From NCBI GenBank assembly GCA_964106915.2, contig OZ066915.1: a DNA stretch of 64,000 nt, one strand, 5' to 3'. Below the pieces are notes generated by a model. That model was not told where the DNA came from and did not search any database. It saw only the letters and a program-made list of their open reading frames with translations. Shown here one piece after another: positions 51,803 through 63,497 of this stretch. A program made the position numbers and the translations under genes. Position 1 is the stretch's first letter, and every line of letters begins with the position of its first letter. This DNA comes from Podarcis gaigeae (taxonomy: Eukaryota).

Positions 51803-52401
51803 TAGAAGTCATCCACCTCACTTCACTTGCAAGGCTCTGAGGAACATCTCAAGATTCAGGTAGTTTATATGGGAGAAGGCAGTATTTCAGTTACTCAGGT
51901 CCCAAGCCAATTAGGGCTTTTTATGTTAAAACAAGCATCTGAAATGGAACCCTTAAACAGACTGGGAGCCAGTGCAGCAAATAAAAGGAGATTCTCACAG
52001 TGAATTCTTGTTCTCCAGGGCTCCCAGATGTCATTCTGATTTGCTACTCTCTGAGATGCCATACCTTCCTGGATCAGTGTGGACGCAGAAACCCAAATGA
52101 CAGGAGAACTGGATACGCCACTCAAGTATTCTTCTTGAGCTACACCTTTGAAGCAACACATAACGTTTCTAGAATAAATAAATCCTAAAATAAAGTTCAG
52201 AAGAGCCTGAGGTGCGAAAGGACACAACTTACTACGCTGGGCAGAAATAGTCATCGGAAGCAGACTGAAAACACAATGACCTATATGGGATGGAGAAGTT
52301 TACAAAAAGATTTGGGGGCAACATAGATAGACGAAAATAAGAAACATTCCTGTGGCACCTTAAAGGCTAGCAGATTTATTGGGTCATGATCTGTGAAAGC
52401 T

Positions 52402-52758
52402 TAAAGGTAAGGGTAAAGGGACTCCTGACCATTAGGTCCAGTCGTGACCCACTCTGGGGTTGCAGCGCTCATCTCGCTTATTGGCCGAGGGAGCCGGCGT
52501 ACAGCTTCCGGGTCATGTGGCCAGCATGACTAAGCCGCTTCTAACGAACCAGAGCAGCACACAAAAACACCGTTTACCTTCCCGCCAGAGTGGTACCTAA
52601 TTATCTACTTGCACTCTGACGTGCTTTCGAACTGCTAGGTTGGCAGGAGTTGGGACCGAGCAATGGGAGCTCACCCCATCGCAGGGATTCGAACCGCCGA
52701 CCTTCTGATCAGCAAGTCCTAGGCTCTGTGGTTTAACCCACAGTGCCACCTGCATCCC
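52402..52758 (-). mobile_element. Sauria SINE, full length
   Basis: Homologous to the other copies. Confidence 0.92.
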
Positions 52759-54343
52759 TTAACGTTGTAGATCTGTTAAGAGACCACAGCAGACTCACAT
52801 GCTGCCCCTCTGAGATAGAAGTTTAAGCACATGAGAGGCTGCCAAGTGAGAAGCACAAACGCAAAGACTAAGGAGGAAATTCAGAGGAGAGGATAGGTTT
52901 TAAGACTGGCAATGGGTATTTATGTTGCAAAACAAAGGATGGGGGTGGGACAAGTCTGCTGCAAAGGAGGGGTTTCAAAAACTGAGCATGGAAAGCTTGG
53001 GATGGTCTCATTTCTTTTTCAATGTTTCAGTAAAGGCATTCTTCTTATTTGACAAGGTTCTGATATCATTTTACACCATAGAAGCAGAGCTGTAGAGCAG
53101 AAAGATACCTCAAGGGTCCTCTATTCCAACCCCCTGCAATGCAGGAACCTCAACTAGATCACGATATATTAATAAGCTATGCCTAATCACAGCAGCTCCT
53201 CATCTGTTAATTGGGGCATAGAGGCAGTCAGCCTCCTCCATGTAAATTCAAGGACTGACAAGCATATGGTATCTGAATATTAGTTGCTGGGAAACAACAA
53301 CTGGGAAAGACTGCAGTCTTTATATTTGGCTTTCTAGGTTTTCCAAAGGCAGTGGCTGACCACCATTGGAAACAGGACGCTGAATTAGATAGACCGTTGA
53401 TGGTTCTTAGATTCCCAGGGACATAGGGGGGGGAGGGGAGATGCAAGGTGCAAAACTAAATCAGTCTCAATTGACCTTTATTGAGGGCAAATTCTAATCA
53501 ATTCCTTTCCATTTGGTACCACTTCAGGCAGAATAGAACCCAGCAGTAAGATTAAAATAAGTTCTCATAATCAGTATAATGAGCTCATTATGAACAATTA
53601 CTCTGCTGCGAGAAAGGGAAGGAAATAGCGATAGCACTGTATTTCAAAGGGCGGGCATTCTAATATTCTACACCATAACCCAGCGCCTAACCCATGCAAT
53701 CTATTTCAGGGGCTTCTGTGCTGAAATCACCTATTTCAGGTTGCTTTCAAGAAGTCTCGTGCAATTTCGGGACTTTAAATTACTGCTTGCCAAAATAAAT
53801 CGAAGGTTATATCAGCGCTAATGGTGATGCATGGATAGGGCTCTCGGTATCTCATGCAACTCCAGCTTGCAGATTTGGGCCTCCGCCAGGTTTGGAGACC
53901 TGGCATCTCTCCCTAATAGAGCTTCAATTGCCTCCACAAAGCCACATTAAGGAACCTCTACCGTTGCTTATTGGAACAGGTTTCTCACAGATCACCACCC
54001 ACTGCCTGCTTTTCCTCCCACATTTGAAAGCAACTGGAGAGGCCGAATGGCAAAAAAATTCTTTCACTTTTCCATGGCTCATCATTTCTCCTTAGCTATC
54101 CCAAGATCGTGAAGTTTTGTTTTTCTTTCTATAGCCATGGAGAATGGACCAGGTATCTGTTGTGGGGGGTGGGGCGATTAACAACAACAACAATCCTCCC
54201 ACCAGACTGGGACTATCCCATCACTCACCCAAGTTTAGGATATTCCACCATTCTTCAGCCGAGTTTCTTTTCTTTCAGCAAAGTAAGAGGCTTGTGTACA
54301 TGTCAAACCAAGCTTCAAAAATAAAGGAAATTGTAATGCAATA

Positions 54344-54554
54344 CAGTGGTACCTGGTTCCCAAATGGCTTAGTTGTTGAACAAATTGGCTCCTGAACGCC
54401 GCAAACCCGGAAGTAAGTGTTTCAGTTTGCGAACATTTTTCGGAAGCCGAGCGTCCGACGCAGCTTCTGCTTCAGTGCAGGAAGCTCCTGCAGCCAATCA
54501 GAAGCTGCGCCTTGGTTTTCGAACAGTTTTGGGAGTCGAACCAAGGTACCGCTG
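54344..54554. mobile_element. Tc1/mariner MITE, distinct internal sequence
   Basis: TA|CAGTGGTACCTGGTTC...GAACCAAGGTACCGCTG|TA. Confidence 0.8.
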
Positions 54555-54755
54555 TAATAACAGACTGCCTGAGAGAAAGTAAAAGAACTTCCTGAGGCAA
54601 GAACACAACACAAAAACCCTGCCCACCAGATGCCAGACATTCGACTCCTAATCAAATTAAGCCCCAGTGTTTTTCTTACAGTATCTGCATTCCCCCAAAA
54701 CAGCATGGTATGTATACCTCATGAAACTTAGTGCCAAGTTATTTTAAAAAATTAC

Positions 54756-54853
54756 CTCAGCCAAGATGTGTGGCGCATGAGTAGTTTGGGTCAAGATCAT
54801 GCAGATACCACAATAATTCTCACCCAGTTTTTCATTCAGAGTACTCACTGTGT
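54756..54853 (-). other. Candidate exon B (98 nt)
   Basis: Very strong polypyrimidine acceptor cttctctccccccctctccctactctctttgtcgtAG|ACACAG and donor GCTGAG|GTAATT. Alternative internal donors (ACACA|GTGAGT, CTGG|GTGAGA) also exist. Confidence 0.5.
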
Positions 54854-56178
54854 CTACGACAAAGAGAGTAGGGAGAGGGGGGGAGAGAAGCCATCCCTTT
54901 TTGCAAAACACAGTATCTTTTCACGAAGGTGTTCTCTAACTCTTCCGGATGCTAATAATGTGAAGCTGGAAATGCCTCATTTAGGCATATCATGTGGGCT
55001 TGTCAAGTGAACCTTTCCTTTCTGGTCTGAAGCTGCTGGTGGTGTTCATCTTGCATTAGCAAGATCCTTGATATTTGCAGGTGTTTGCATACTTTAAAAT
55101 TCTATCCCTGGGATGAACAGCAGGACAATAAAAATGGACTTTAGGAGCCGTTATGGTCACTAGGAGACTTATATTTTGAGTCTGGAAGGATCAATGTTCA
55201 CCATCTATTATGCAATGGTCTAAAAGACCTTCATGTCCTTCCTACATTTCAATGTACTTTCTCTAAGCACCAACTTAGTTTGGATAAGTATTTGGACATT
55301 TGGTTGGCATATACTGATCTGCATGTATAAATTAAGATGGGTGTGCTGATGCTTATTGAATTGTGAATGTCAGGTGATGGTTTTGATTTGTTTTCCCCTT
55401 TTCCCATTGAGTAAATCATCACCATCATCCCCAGTTCTTAGCTGCTACCAGAGTCTCTGCCATCAGGCTGCAATTTAGAAAAACACAATTTTCTTCATTC
55501 TAAGCATGAAATATGAATGATCTATACAAGCTGCTCTGAGCCTTACAATGGAGTAGAATATAAAACTGAATGAATCCATAAATCAATCATCAAACCAGCA
55601 AGCCAATTCCTATGTTCTGAGATATGGGCTTTTGAAATTACGTTCCTCCATTAGAAGAGAGGACATTAGTCAACCCTACTTGTGACAGCTGCACTTAACC
55701 TTAACACCACAAACCACAACATATGAGTAAGGCAAGATATTTGAAACAATCACTTATTATAAGTTATTGATCTTGCCTGATTTAGATTGACCCAGATGCA
55801 TCTGCCTGAACTCTTCCTTCCCTCCTTGCTCCCTTCCTTCCTTCCTGTCCAGTGATATACTTGGGACTTATTGTTTTAAATGGGCACTTACAAGCTTACT
55901 TAACGAAGAACAAGGAAGTAGAGCAAGCTACAAAGCTGTGTGAAGTGCCACATCTCTCAGACCAATCTGTCAGAGCGGCGCTCTTGTTTTTTTAATTAGC
56001 CAAGCAATTTTCTTCCTCCCACAGACGTGTCTCTACAAGTTCCCTAACTGAATTCAATGAAACAGAAGACAGTATTAAAATGCCCTGATTAATGTTAACG
56101 CTGTCTAAAAGGTCTTTGCCAAAACAAGCAAAGACACCCAACAGGAATCAAGCAAAATTGAAAAGGTAATGGAAAATT

Positions 56179-56328
56179 TCATAGAATCATAGAGCTGGAA
56201 GAGACCCCAAGGATCATCTAGTCCAACCCCCCTGCAATGCAGGAACATGCAGCCGTCCCATACGGGGATCAAACCTGCAACCCTGGTGTCATCAACACCA
56301 TGCTTTAACTGACTGAGCTATCCAAACT
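56179..56328 (-). mobile_element. tRNA-derived SINE with CR1-type tail
   Basis: tcatagaatcatagag...actgagctatcc is the reverse complement of the 42283 family. Confidence 0.75.
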
Positions 56329-56347
56329 GAGCTTGTATCATCTAGAA

Positions 56348-56484
56348 CAGGCTTTCTCAAACTCAGCCCTCCAGATGTTTTTGAGACTACAATTCCCATC
56401 ATCCCTGACCACTGGTCCTGCTGGCTAAGGATCATGGAAGTTGAAGGCCAAAAACATCTGGAGGGCTGAGTTTGAGGAAACCTG
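56348..56484. mobile_element. Palindromic hAT (Charlie-like) MITE
   Basis: Perfect 8-bp TSD ATCTAGAA; long terminal inverted repeats. Confidence 0.85.
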
Positions 56485-57179
56485 ATCTAGAACGTACAGA
56501 ACAATGTAGCTGGAGGTGCCAAGAGGTATCTTATTCTTCCGGTTCAAGGGCCATATGTATTTATGCATGAAGGTGGAACAAATCTCTTCAAGTTAAATAA
56601 ACAAAATCAATAAGAGGGTTTTCAATGAGAAATTGAGGGGGGGGTCCTTTTCTATCACTTTTACTGTTGCTTCCATCAAGAGAACTCATGTTAAAACTTT
56701 CTACTCCAGAACTACCTTATTCATGGCTCCATAATGATGTCAAAGATCAGCGTGAGTGATGTTTTCTTTGGTTACTAAGGTGACAAAGGGCTCTCCTCCG
56801 TGTATGTGATGGAGGAGGGAAGGAGAGGCTGAAGCGCTAAGTCACTGTACAAAAGGCCATCAATGTGAATGGAAGAGATGAGATCATTTTTCAAGGCTAC
56901 TACCACACAAAAACAAGTATTATTCTCAACTAAATATATGAACATGAATAGTATCCCCGACTGATTCCCACTTCTGCAATAACCAGGTGCAAAACACAAC
57001 AGAATAGCAGCGGCCTGACAGATTTCTCCCCTCCATTGTTTTAAAAAATGGCATGAGAAAAGAGAAGAATCGGTGGGCTTAAGATCAAGACTGACACACG
57101 TACATATCTGCCCCCTGCCCCCCCAAAAAACCTATCTTATCTCCTTTGTCTTATTACCCACCTTTCCCAGTAGACCATA

Positions 57180-57184
<5 letters not shown>

Positions 57185-57240
<56 letters not shown>
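57185..57240. repeat. (TC)n(AC)n compound microsatellite
   Basis: Direct reading. Confidence 0.95.
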
Positions 57241-58343
57241 CTTCTGTTTCTCATGGCCCAGCACATGATCCAGAGGCAGACGTAGTCAAGGTGGCCTGAG
57301 ATGAGAAAAGCTCATTTGCTCTTAATCTGTGTGAAGTTTATGCTTATGCTTGCAATTAGCAGAAATATAGACACTGGTGGAATATGCAAATCATTGCTGG
57401 GATGGATGCTGACAAGTCAGAATTTGCACTAAATTATAGAAGGCCTTGCGGAGTTGGCAGAATTTGCAAGGGACCAGGGAGGAAGTGCTGCGCATGTAGA
57501 GGAAAGGCCAAGAGACTAACGGGGTATTCAAGCTGGCTAGTTAGGTATTTTAGAAAAATAGAAGAACACGGCTTTCATCTTGCTGCTTACAGAGACTTTT
57601 GACGCAGGTATCACATTGTGTAGGCAGCAGCTAAAACATTATAATAACTAAAGGGCTACCATGAAGTCATCAGTCAACTTTTACAAGCACAGGGAATGGA
57701 GAAAGAATCTAGTCTAAGGGGGAGAGAAAAAATAGAAAGTATGTGAGAACTTTTAGTTGGGTCAGCTGAAGATGTGGCTTTGACTAGCTCCTCCCTGCAC
57801 AACAGATTGCATGATTTTCTGCCATTATTGGTCGTGCTGACAGTGTAATCTCAGTCGCAAGGAGCCATCTTTGATCCAATGTAGGGATGCCTCCTAGGCA
57901 TCTGTTTTGCTTTGAATTGCACCATATCCTTGCGTCTCTGGATTCCTGCTTCTGCTTATACGTTCTGTAGAACACTGGCAAACCCTCATACTGTCCTGTG
58001 CCAGTGCTTACATAACAGCTGGTAGAGCTTTCTTCTAGTCTTTAAGTCTCTATGAGAATGAGTCCACAGTTGGTTGCCTAGTTGTTGCTGACAAAGACTC
58101 CTCTGCTGTCTCCCCCTTAGCCAAAATCCCCAAGAGGGAAGGGATCATTTGGGGAAGGGAGCCTGCTAAAAAAAATCTCCCCATCTCACCCTTGAGAAAC
58201 CCAGGAAGAGAGAAAAGATTTCTCCAAGCACTTCCTAAGAAGGAGGTTCTGAGCTCCTTCCCAGTAGTCAGCCTTGTCTAATCCTAATCAGATGTGCAAT
58301 CCCAAAATATAGAACATGCCCTCTTTACCAAAGAATAGCACAT

Positions 58344-58965
58344 ACATAGGAAGCTGTCTTATATTGAGTCAGACCACTGATCCATCTAGCTCAACATCAT
58401 CTACATGGATTGGCAGTGGTTCCCCAAAGTTTCAGGCAGGAATGTTTCCCAACCCGTCAGCTCAGAGGCAGGAGGTGGAAGGGCAGTTGGGTTACAGGGA
58501 GCTGCCGAAGATCATGAGAAGCAGCTCGTCCTCCGGGGAGGAGGGAAGCCACGCCTCCAGTGGGGAAGGGATGCAGGGCTCGGAAGATGCAAGGGAGAGC
58601 CGCAACACCGAACCTGAGCAAAGCGGGGGCGAGGCAGGTCCCCCTTTGCCCACGCCCTCTAGGCTTACACACAGAGAGGGGAGGCATAGGATGGGGGTCA
58701 AAAAACTGCTCTGCTGGGGAAAGTTTAAGGACCACCCACTCCCAGATTCTGCTAGCAACTGAGCAGACATGGAATTGAGACGATCTGAATTGTGAATGTT
58801 TTGGACAGATAATAAAGCCTTGAAAAGACCAGGGGGAGTCTTGCCTGTTCGCTGTCGAGCAACCACACTGGCATTCACAACACAACCCTACCAATAAATG
58901 CCAGAGGTTGAAGTCGGGGCCTTCTGCATGCATGACAGATGTTCTATCAGTGACCTATAGCCCTT
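58344..58965 (-). mobile_element. Squam2-like tRNA SINE interrupted by a solo LTR
   Basis: Minus-strand head gggctatagg...gcatgcagaagg and tail gactcaatataagacagcttcctatgt; partial related copy at about 61725-61790 (+). Confidence 0.6.
58455..58882 (+). mobile_element. Solo LTR (428 bp)
   Basis: (C)GTCAG...ACAACA termini, perfect 5-bp TSD CAACC (58450-58454 and 58883-58887), AATAAA at 58811. Confidence 0.75.
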
Positions 58966-60142
58966 CCCCAAGTAACCTCTGGAAGGAAGGGGAAAGGAGA
59001 CAACACAGGAAATTCAAACAGTCTGCAATATCTACAGTAGACTTCCTTGCCCTTTAATTTGCAGAATTGAACAAAAGCAGCAAGAAGGAACAATCCACCC
59101 AATTTTTCAACTGGACAAAGGCCTATTTCTAAGTTCTGAGTTTGAAGACCAGAAGTTCTAGGCACATGGGAAAGTTATGCGTAGCCCTCTAAGGGGAGCT
59201 TTGATAAGCCTTGCAATCCCCAACAACTGAGAACCATGGTACGGTAATCTCAGAAGAAGTTGGTTGTCTGCATAGACCTTCCGCTAAACAACTTTGGAAA
59301 CAGAAACTTACAAATGCTCTCAAACACAAAAGCGAGACGACAGACCTCCAGCTTGTGTAATTAAAATAAAACTTTCATGGAGCTCTCCGCTATCTGCATC
59401 TCTGCTATTTGTTATTACCAGGCATAAAGAATCAAAATCACTTTTTACTTTTTCCTAGGAGAAAATAGAAGGGAATAAACTCCATTGTCATAACACACTA
59501 TAAAATATATGAGCAAGCACTAATGGGAAAAAGCACAGGCCATAAATGTAGCTTCTCTGATTCCCAACCCACCCACCCCAATCTGCAACGTTCATAATAC
59601 TTCCAAGTGGCTAACACTTGGAAGCAATAATAAGTCATAACTTGATAGGTCCCAGAGGCTTTCTCATTTCATGCTTATTAAAAGGCAGAAAGGCAGTAAT
59701 CGTTTAGAGACTGGAAAATAATATGAATAACTCATTGAGAAAGTGTACTGAGGGGAAAAGCAATGTATTGAACAAGATCTGCAATAGAAGGTCTACTTTC
59801 TGAGTGAACATCTCCAGGCATGGGATAAATTAATCATATACAGCCTACAATGGGAAGAAATCAATGGATAAAGCTGAGCCAAGCCAGAGATGCCTCTTGC
59901 TACACAAACCAACACTGCTAAACTAATGCTTTTTACCACAGGACAAAGGATTATAATAAATCTATCTGTCCACCCTCAGAAAAGGGACTGCGGTAAAGAA
60001 AGCCAGCTATGAATGATACTGGGTTTACTTTTAAGTAACTCTTGTTTTCCCTTCATGCAAATCGCTTTGTAAAGAAAGCTAAACACCACTGTTGTTCTTT
60101 TAAAATAAATAATCCAGTGAGGATGTTAGATGAAGCAGGATA

Positions 60143-60359
60143 CAGTGGTACCTCGTGTTACACACGTTTCAGGTTACAGACTCCGCTAACCCAGAAATAG
60201 TACCTCGGGTTAAGAACTTTGCTTCAGGATGAGATCAGAAATCGTGCTCCGGTGGCGCGGCAGCAGCAGGAGGCCCCATTAACTAAAGTGGTTAAGAACA
60301 GTTTCAGGTTAAGAACGGACCTCCGGAACAAATTAAGTACTTAACCTGAGGTACCACTG
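60143..60359. mobile_element. Tc1/mariner MITE, reverse orientation
   Basis: TA TSD and TIRs; same orientation as 10556-10781. Confidence 0.9.
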
Positions 60360-61342
60360 TAAATATGTCCATGCCCATTTTGTAAGCTGCTTTGAGACGC
60401 ATGTGAAAAAGCAGGGTGTAAGGTTTTTTAATTAACCGACTCCTTTTTATACACCTGACACCAGCAGCTTCTAGGCAACTTATGGTAAAGTTTTACATGT
60501 ACAAAAATTTTAATAGAATATTGAAAAGATGTCTGTATCAATGCCAAGCAGGCCTGGCTATGAAGAACATTCCACGGGCAGGGGAGCCAAGCGCCCAAAT
60601 TCTCCTTGTTGCCACCCTCCAAGCCTCTCTTGGCAGGGCAACCCTGAGTAGGAACTCAGATATTATCTTCAGGTCCAGGCAGAATCATATTGGTACTGAT
60701 TCAAAACTTGAAGATGACATGCAAAACATTACACATATATCAAGCAACAAGTTCAGTAAGTTCTTTCTCTCTCTCTCTTTTATGGCAGTAAGTTACAATT
60801 GTTGGTCAATCTTCTGTAAACTTTACTGAACGATACATCTCCTTCACTTCCCCAAACCCATCTAATTAATATATGTCAGTTGTTTTTTTTCCATTTTTGC
60901 AACCTGCCCAGTTTTCTTCTCTGGAACAGTGCTTAATTTCCAAATCCCTGGCATATGGTTGTTGTTTTTTTAAATACACTTTGTTCCCAAGTTTAGCACT
61001 ATGAATCACAAATTCTTATGAAGCTCCCAAAATATTAAAGAGGCTCCATCTCACACAATTAACCAACCAAGTTGTCCAATGACTCGTTTTGCCGACGAGA
61101 GACAAAGGTTGCAATCGATACTTAATTTAATCTAGCATGGTTTTATTGTTCTGTGTACTTTGGGATTTAACCAAAGTCACAAAATCCAAGGCAAGGTAAC
61201 AAACGAGTAATATCTGAAACATTTATTTTTTCTATCTTTCATTTTATTTCAACGCCCGATACTCATAAAAGGATTTTTAAGCCTTGAAAAGAAGGAGGAG
61301 GCACGTCTTCCAACAAGAGAAAAACAAAGCTGAGAAAAGCAC

Positions 61343-61566
61343 CTGGAGATACTGGCTCCTTTCACACATTTTTCAAAAGACAATCAAAGTGCTTCTCTAG
61401 ATCAACAAATCTTTTCAGGCCAACAGGGATCACATCCAACACTATCCTTGAGATCTGGCTGAGGTCCTCAACAAACTGTTTTGAACTTAAGAACACTATT
61501 TGCAGTACATAAGCATTTGTGCTTCCATCCTCCACTGGTGGCACAGCTGTCCCTGCCGATCCATAC
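61343..61566 (-). other. Candidate exon A (224 nt) of an unidentified minus-strand transcript
   Basis: Minus strand: acceptor tttctgtgcccctAG|GTATGG and donor CTCCAG|GTGCTT (weak). Unique sequence; one frame is open for 67 codons from the acceptor to TGA at 61362. Confidence 0.5.
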
Positions 61567-62718
61567 CTAGGGGCACAGAAAATGCAACACCAACATGGCC
61601 TTTACTGTATGGATTCTACACAGCTGAAGTTGCGTTATATTAATCTTTAAAATGTAAGTGGATTTTGTAGGCATCCACTTCGCCGGTAGCCTATATTTTT
61701 GGTTTTGGCACTATCTGCTAAACTAGAATATCGCAAGCAGAAGGTCCTATATTTCATCCCTGGCATCTCCAGGTAGGGCTGAGAAAAATTCCTGGCCCTG
61801 GGAGCAACCTACCCACATAGTGGGTTAAGATTCAGCCGCAGTTTACCAGACCACCACTCCACCCAAGCAGCAGTCTAGGACCTGAGCAGCCTCACTCGTC
61901 TCAGACGATGCTGAAAAACAGTGCACTTATATATTTTCCCTTTTTTTGCATCATTTATGCTGCTACAGCAGACCAAGCTGAAGAACAAGGAGCCAAGCCC
62001 AGCACTGAAGCCCCAGCAGATGATTGGAAATCCTGGATCATTAAGAACCACTCACCTCCCCAAGCACCTGAGATGTTATGTATACTCTTTAAACACTTTA
62101 TTAATAACTTCAAGAGCTAGAAATGCTATGGTTTGTTGCAGTCGCTGAATCAAATGCACACAGTCCTGTATATAGGCAGCAACAACAGGAGGAAAAGAAC
62201 TCATTAAGTCCCAGAGCCTCTAAGAAAAGCTGGTGTCAAAACTTCAAGCAGCTTCTAATGCTCAAATTTAGCTCTGTCCAAGGTTAGTCTTCCAGACACT
62301 GAAGTCTAGATTGCCATCAAGCATTTCATCAAGAGAGCAAAAGGACCGGTAATCACTTGTGATAAATGGCACTTCAGGTAGGGCATTGGCGTGATCAAGA
62401 ACACATTGATTCAAGGAGGGAACAACTTGGCAAAGAATATGAGCAATTAAACCTTGCTGCTCAACCTTTATTTTCCAAGCAGCATGCCTACCAAGGGCTC
62501 TTGTTGCTCCTCAAATAACCCTCTGGAATGCAAAGTTAGCTGTTAGGGTCCTGGGGGCCTAATCTGCAGCTCCAGCTCCTGATAATATATCCAGCAGGGC
62601 AGCTAGCAAGGGTGTTGAATAGGGTACCTCTTATACCAAGAGGAAATGGCACAGAACCCAATACCAACATCACCTTGGACATATTTGTGCAGTGATGATG
62701 TTGTGAGGGGCTGCAGAG

Positions 62719-63497
62719 CAGGGCCGTCTTAAACATATGTGGCGCTGGGGGAGGTGGGCAAGCAGAGCCCAGGGCAACAACAGCCGTGCCTGAGGCAGCA
62801 GCGGCAACTGAATGAAGCCAGGCGCCTTGTGTAAGCTATTAGTTTCTGTTTCTCACTGTGCAGCTGCGTGGAGTCACAGGATTTTGTTTACATTCCATAC
62901 TATTGGAGTCTCACGGGAAAGGGAAACGGGATGTGACGTTAGTGGTTTCCTGTTTCCTTTGTTCAGTTGCTCTCTGCTTCCATAGAGAGAGGATGTCTTT
63001 TCTGTTCTGCGTAGTTTAGAAATAAAACTCCTTTAAAATGTAGCCAAACGGTCTCATTACTTCCGCATGCTGTTTTGATGCTCTACTGGGAGAATGTGCC
63101 TGGAGCCTTATCAAAGGCTCAGGTCAATTAATCGTCAGAGGCGATTTCAAAGGCTCCGTCAAACGGAGCTCCTGACATTTTTGGTTATGGGCCCAGATGA
63201 CGAACGGCAGAAGAACAGAATGCAGCTTATCTTCTCTGTGTGTCAAGATGATTGATGAGAGGTATGTGCTTGATGGTCCTCCAATCCCAGGCACGCAGGA
63301 GGGCGGAGCCGACCGGCTGCCTCAGCGCCTTGCTCACCCACAGCTGAAGAGCTGCAGCACTCCAACGGGCTCTGCTCCGCTCAACAGCGGCTGTCGGCTC
63401 TTCCCAATCTCCAGGCTCCAAATCTCAGCCCTGGCGCCTTGAGAGCCTGGCACCCGGGTGCCCTGCACCACTAGCGGCTATGGGTAAGACGGCCCTA
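62719..63497. mobile_element. hAT-type MITE carrying about 0.5 kb of extra internal sequence
   Basis: TIR CAGGGCCGTCTTA / TAAGACGGCCCT; 8-bp TSD CTGCAGAG/CTGCAGAA; ends homologous to 13517-13818. Confidence 0.8.
62828..63285 (+). mobile_element. Ty1/copia LTR plus PBS and truncated internal region
   Basis: TG...CTGACA LTR (62828-63177) with AATAAA, followed by GGTTATGGGCCCAG (63183-63196), complementary to the internal half of tRNAiMet. Confidence 0.75.

Noticed and set aside
13007-61566. Assigning a gene symbol from similarity of exon sizes to known multi-exon 5'UTR genes
   Set aside because: No sequence-level recognition; size matching alone is not adequate evidence.
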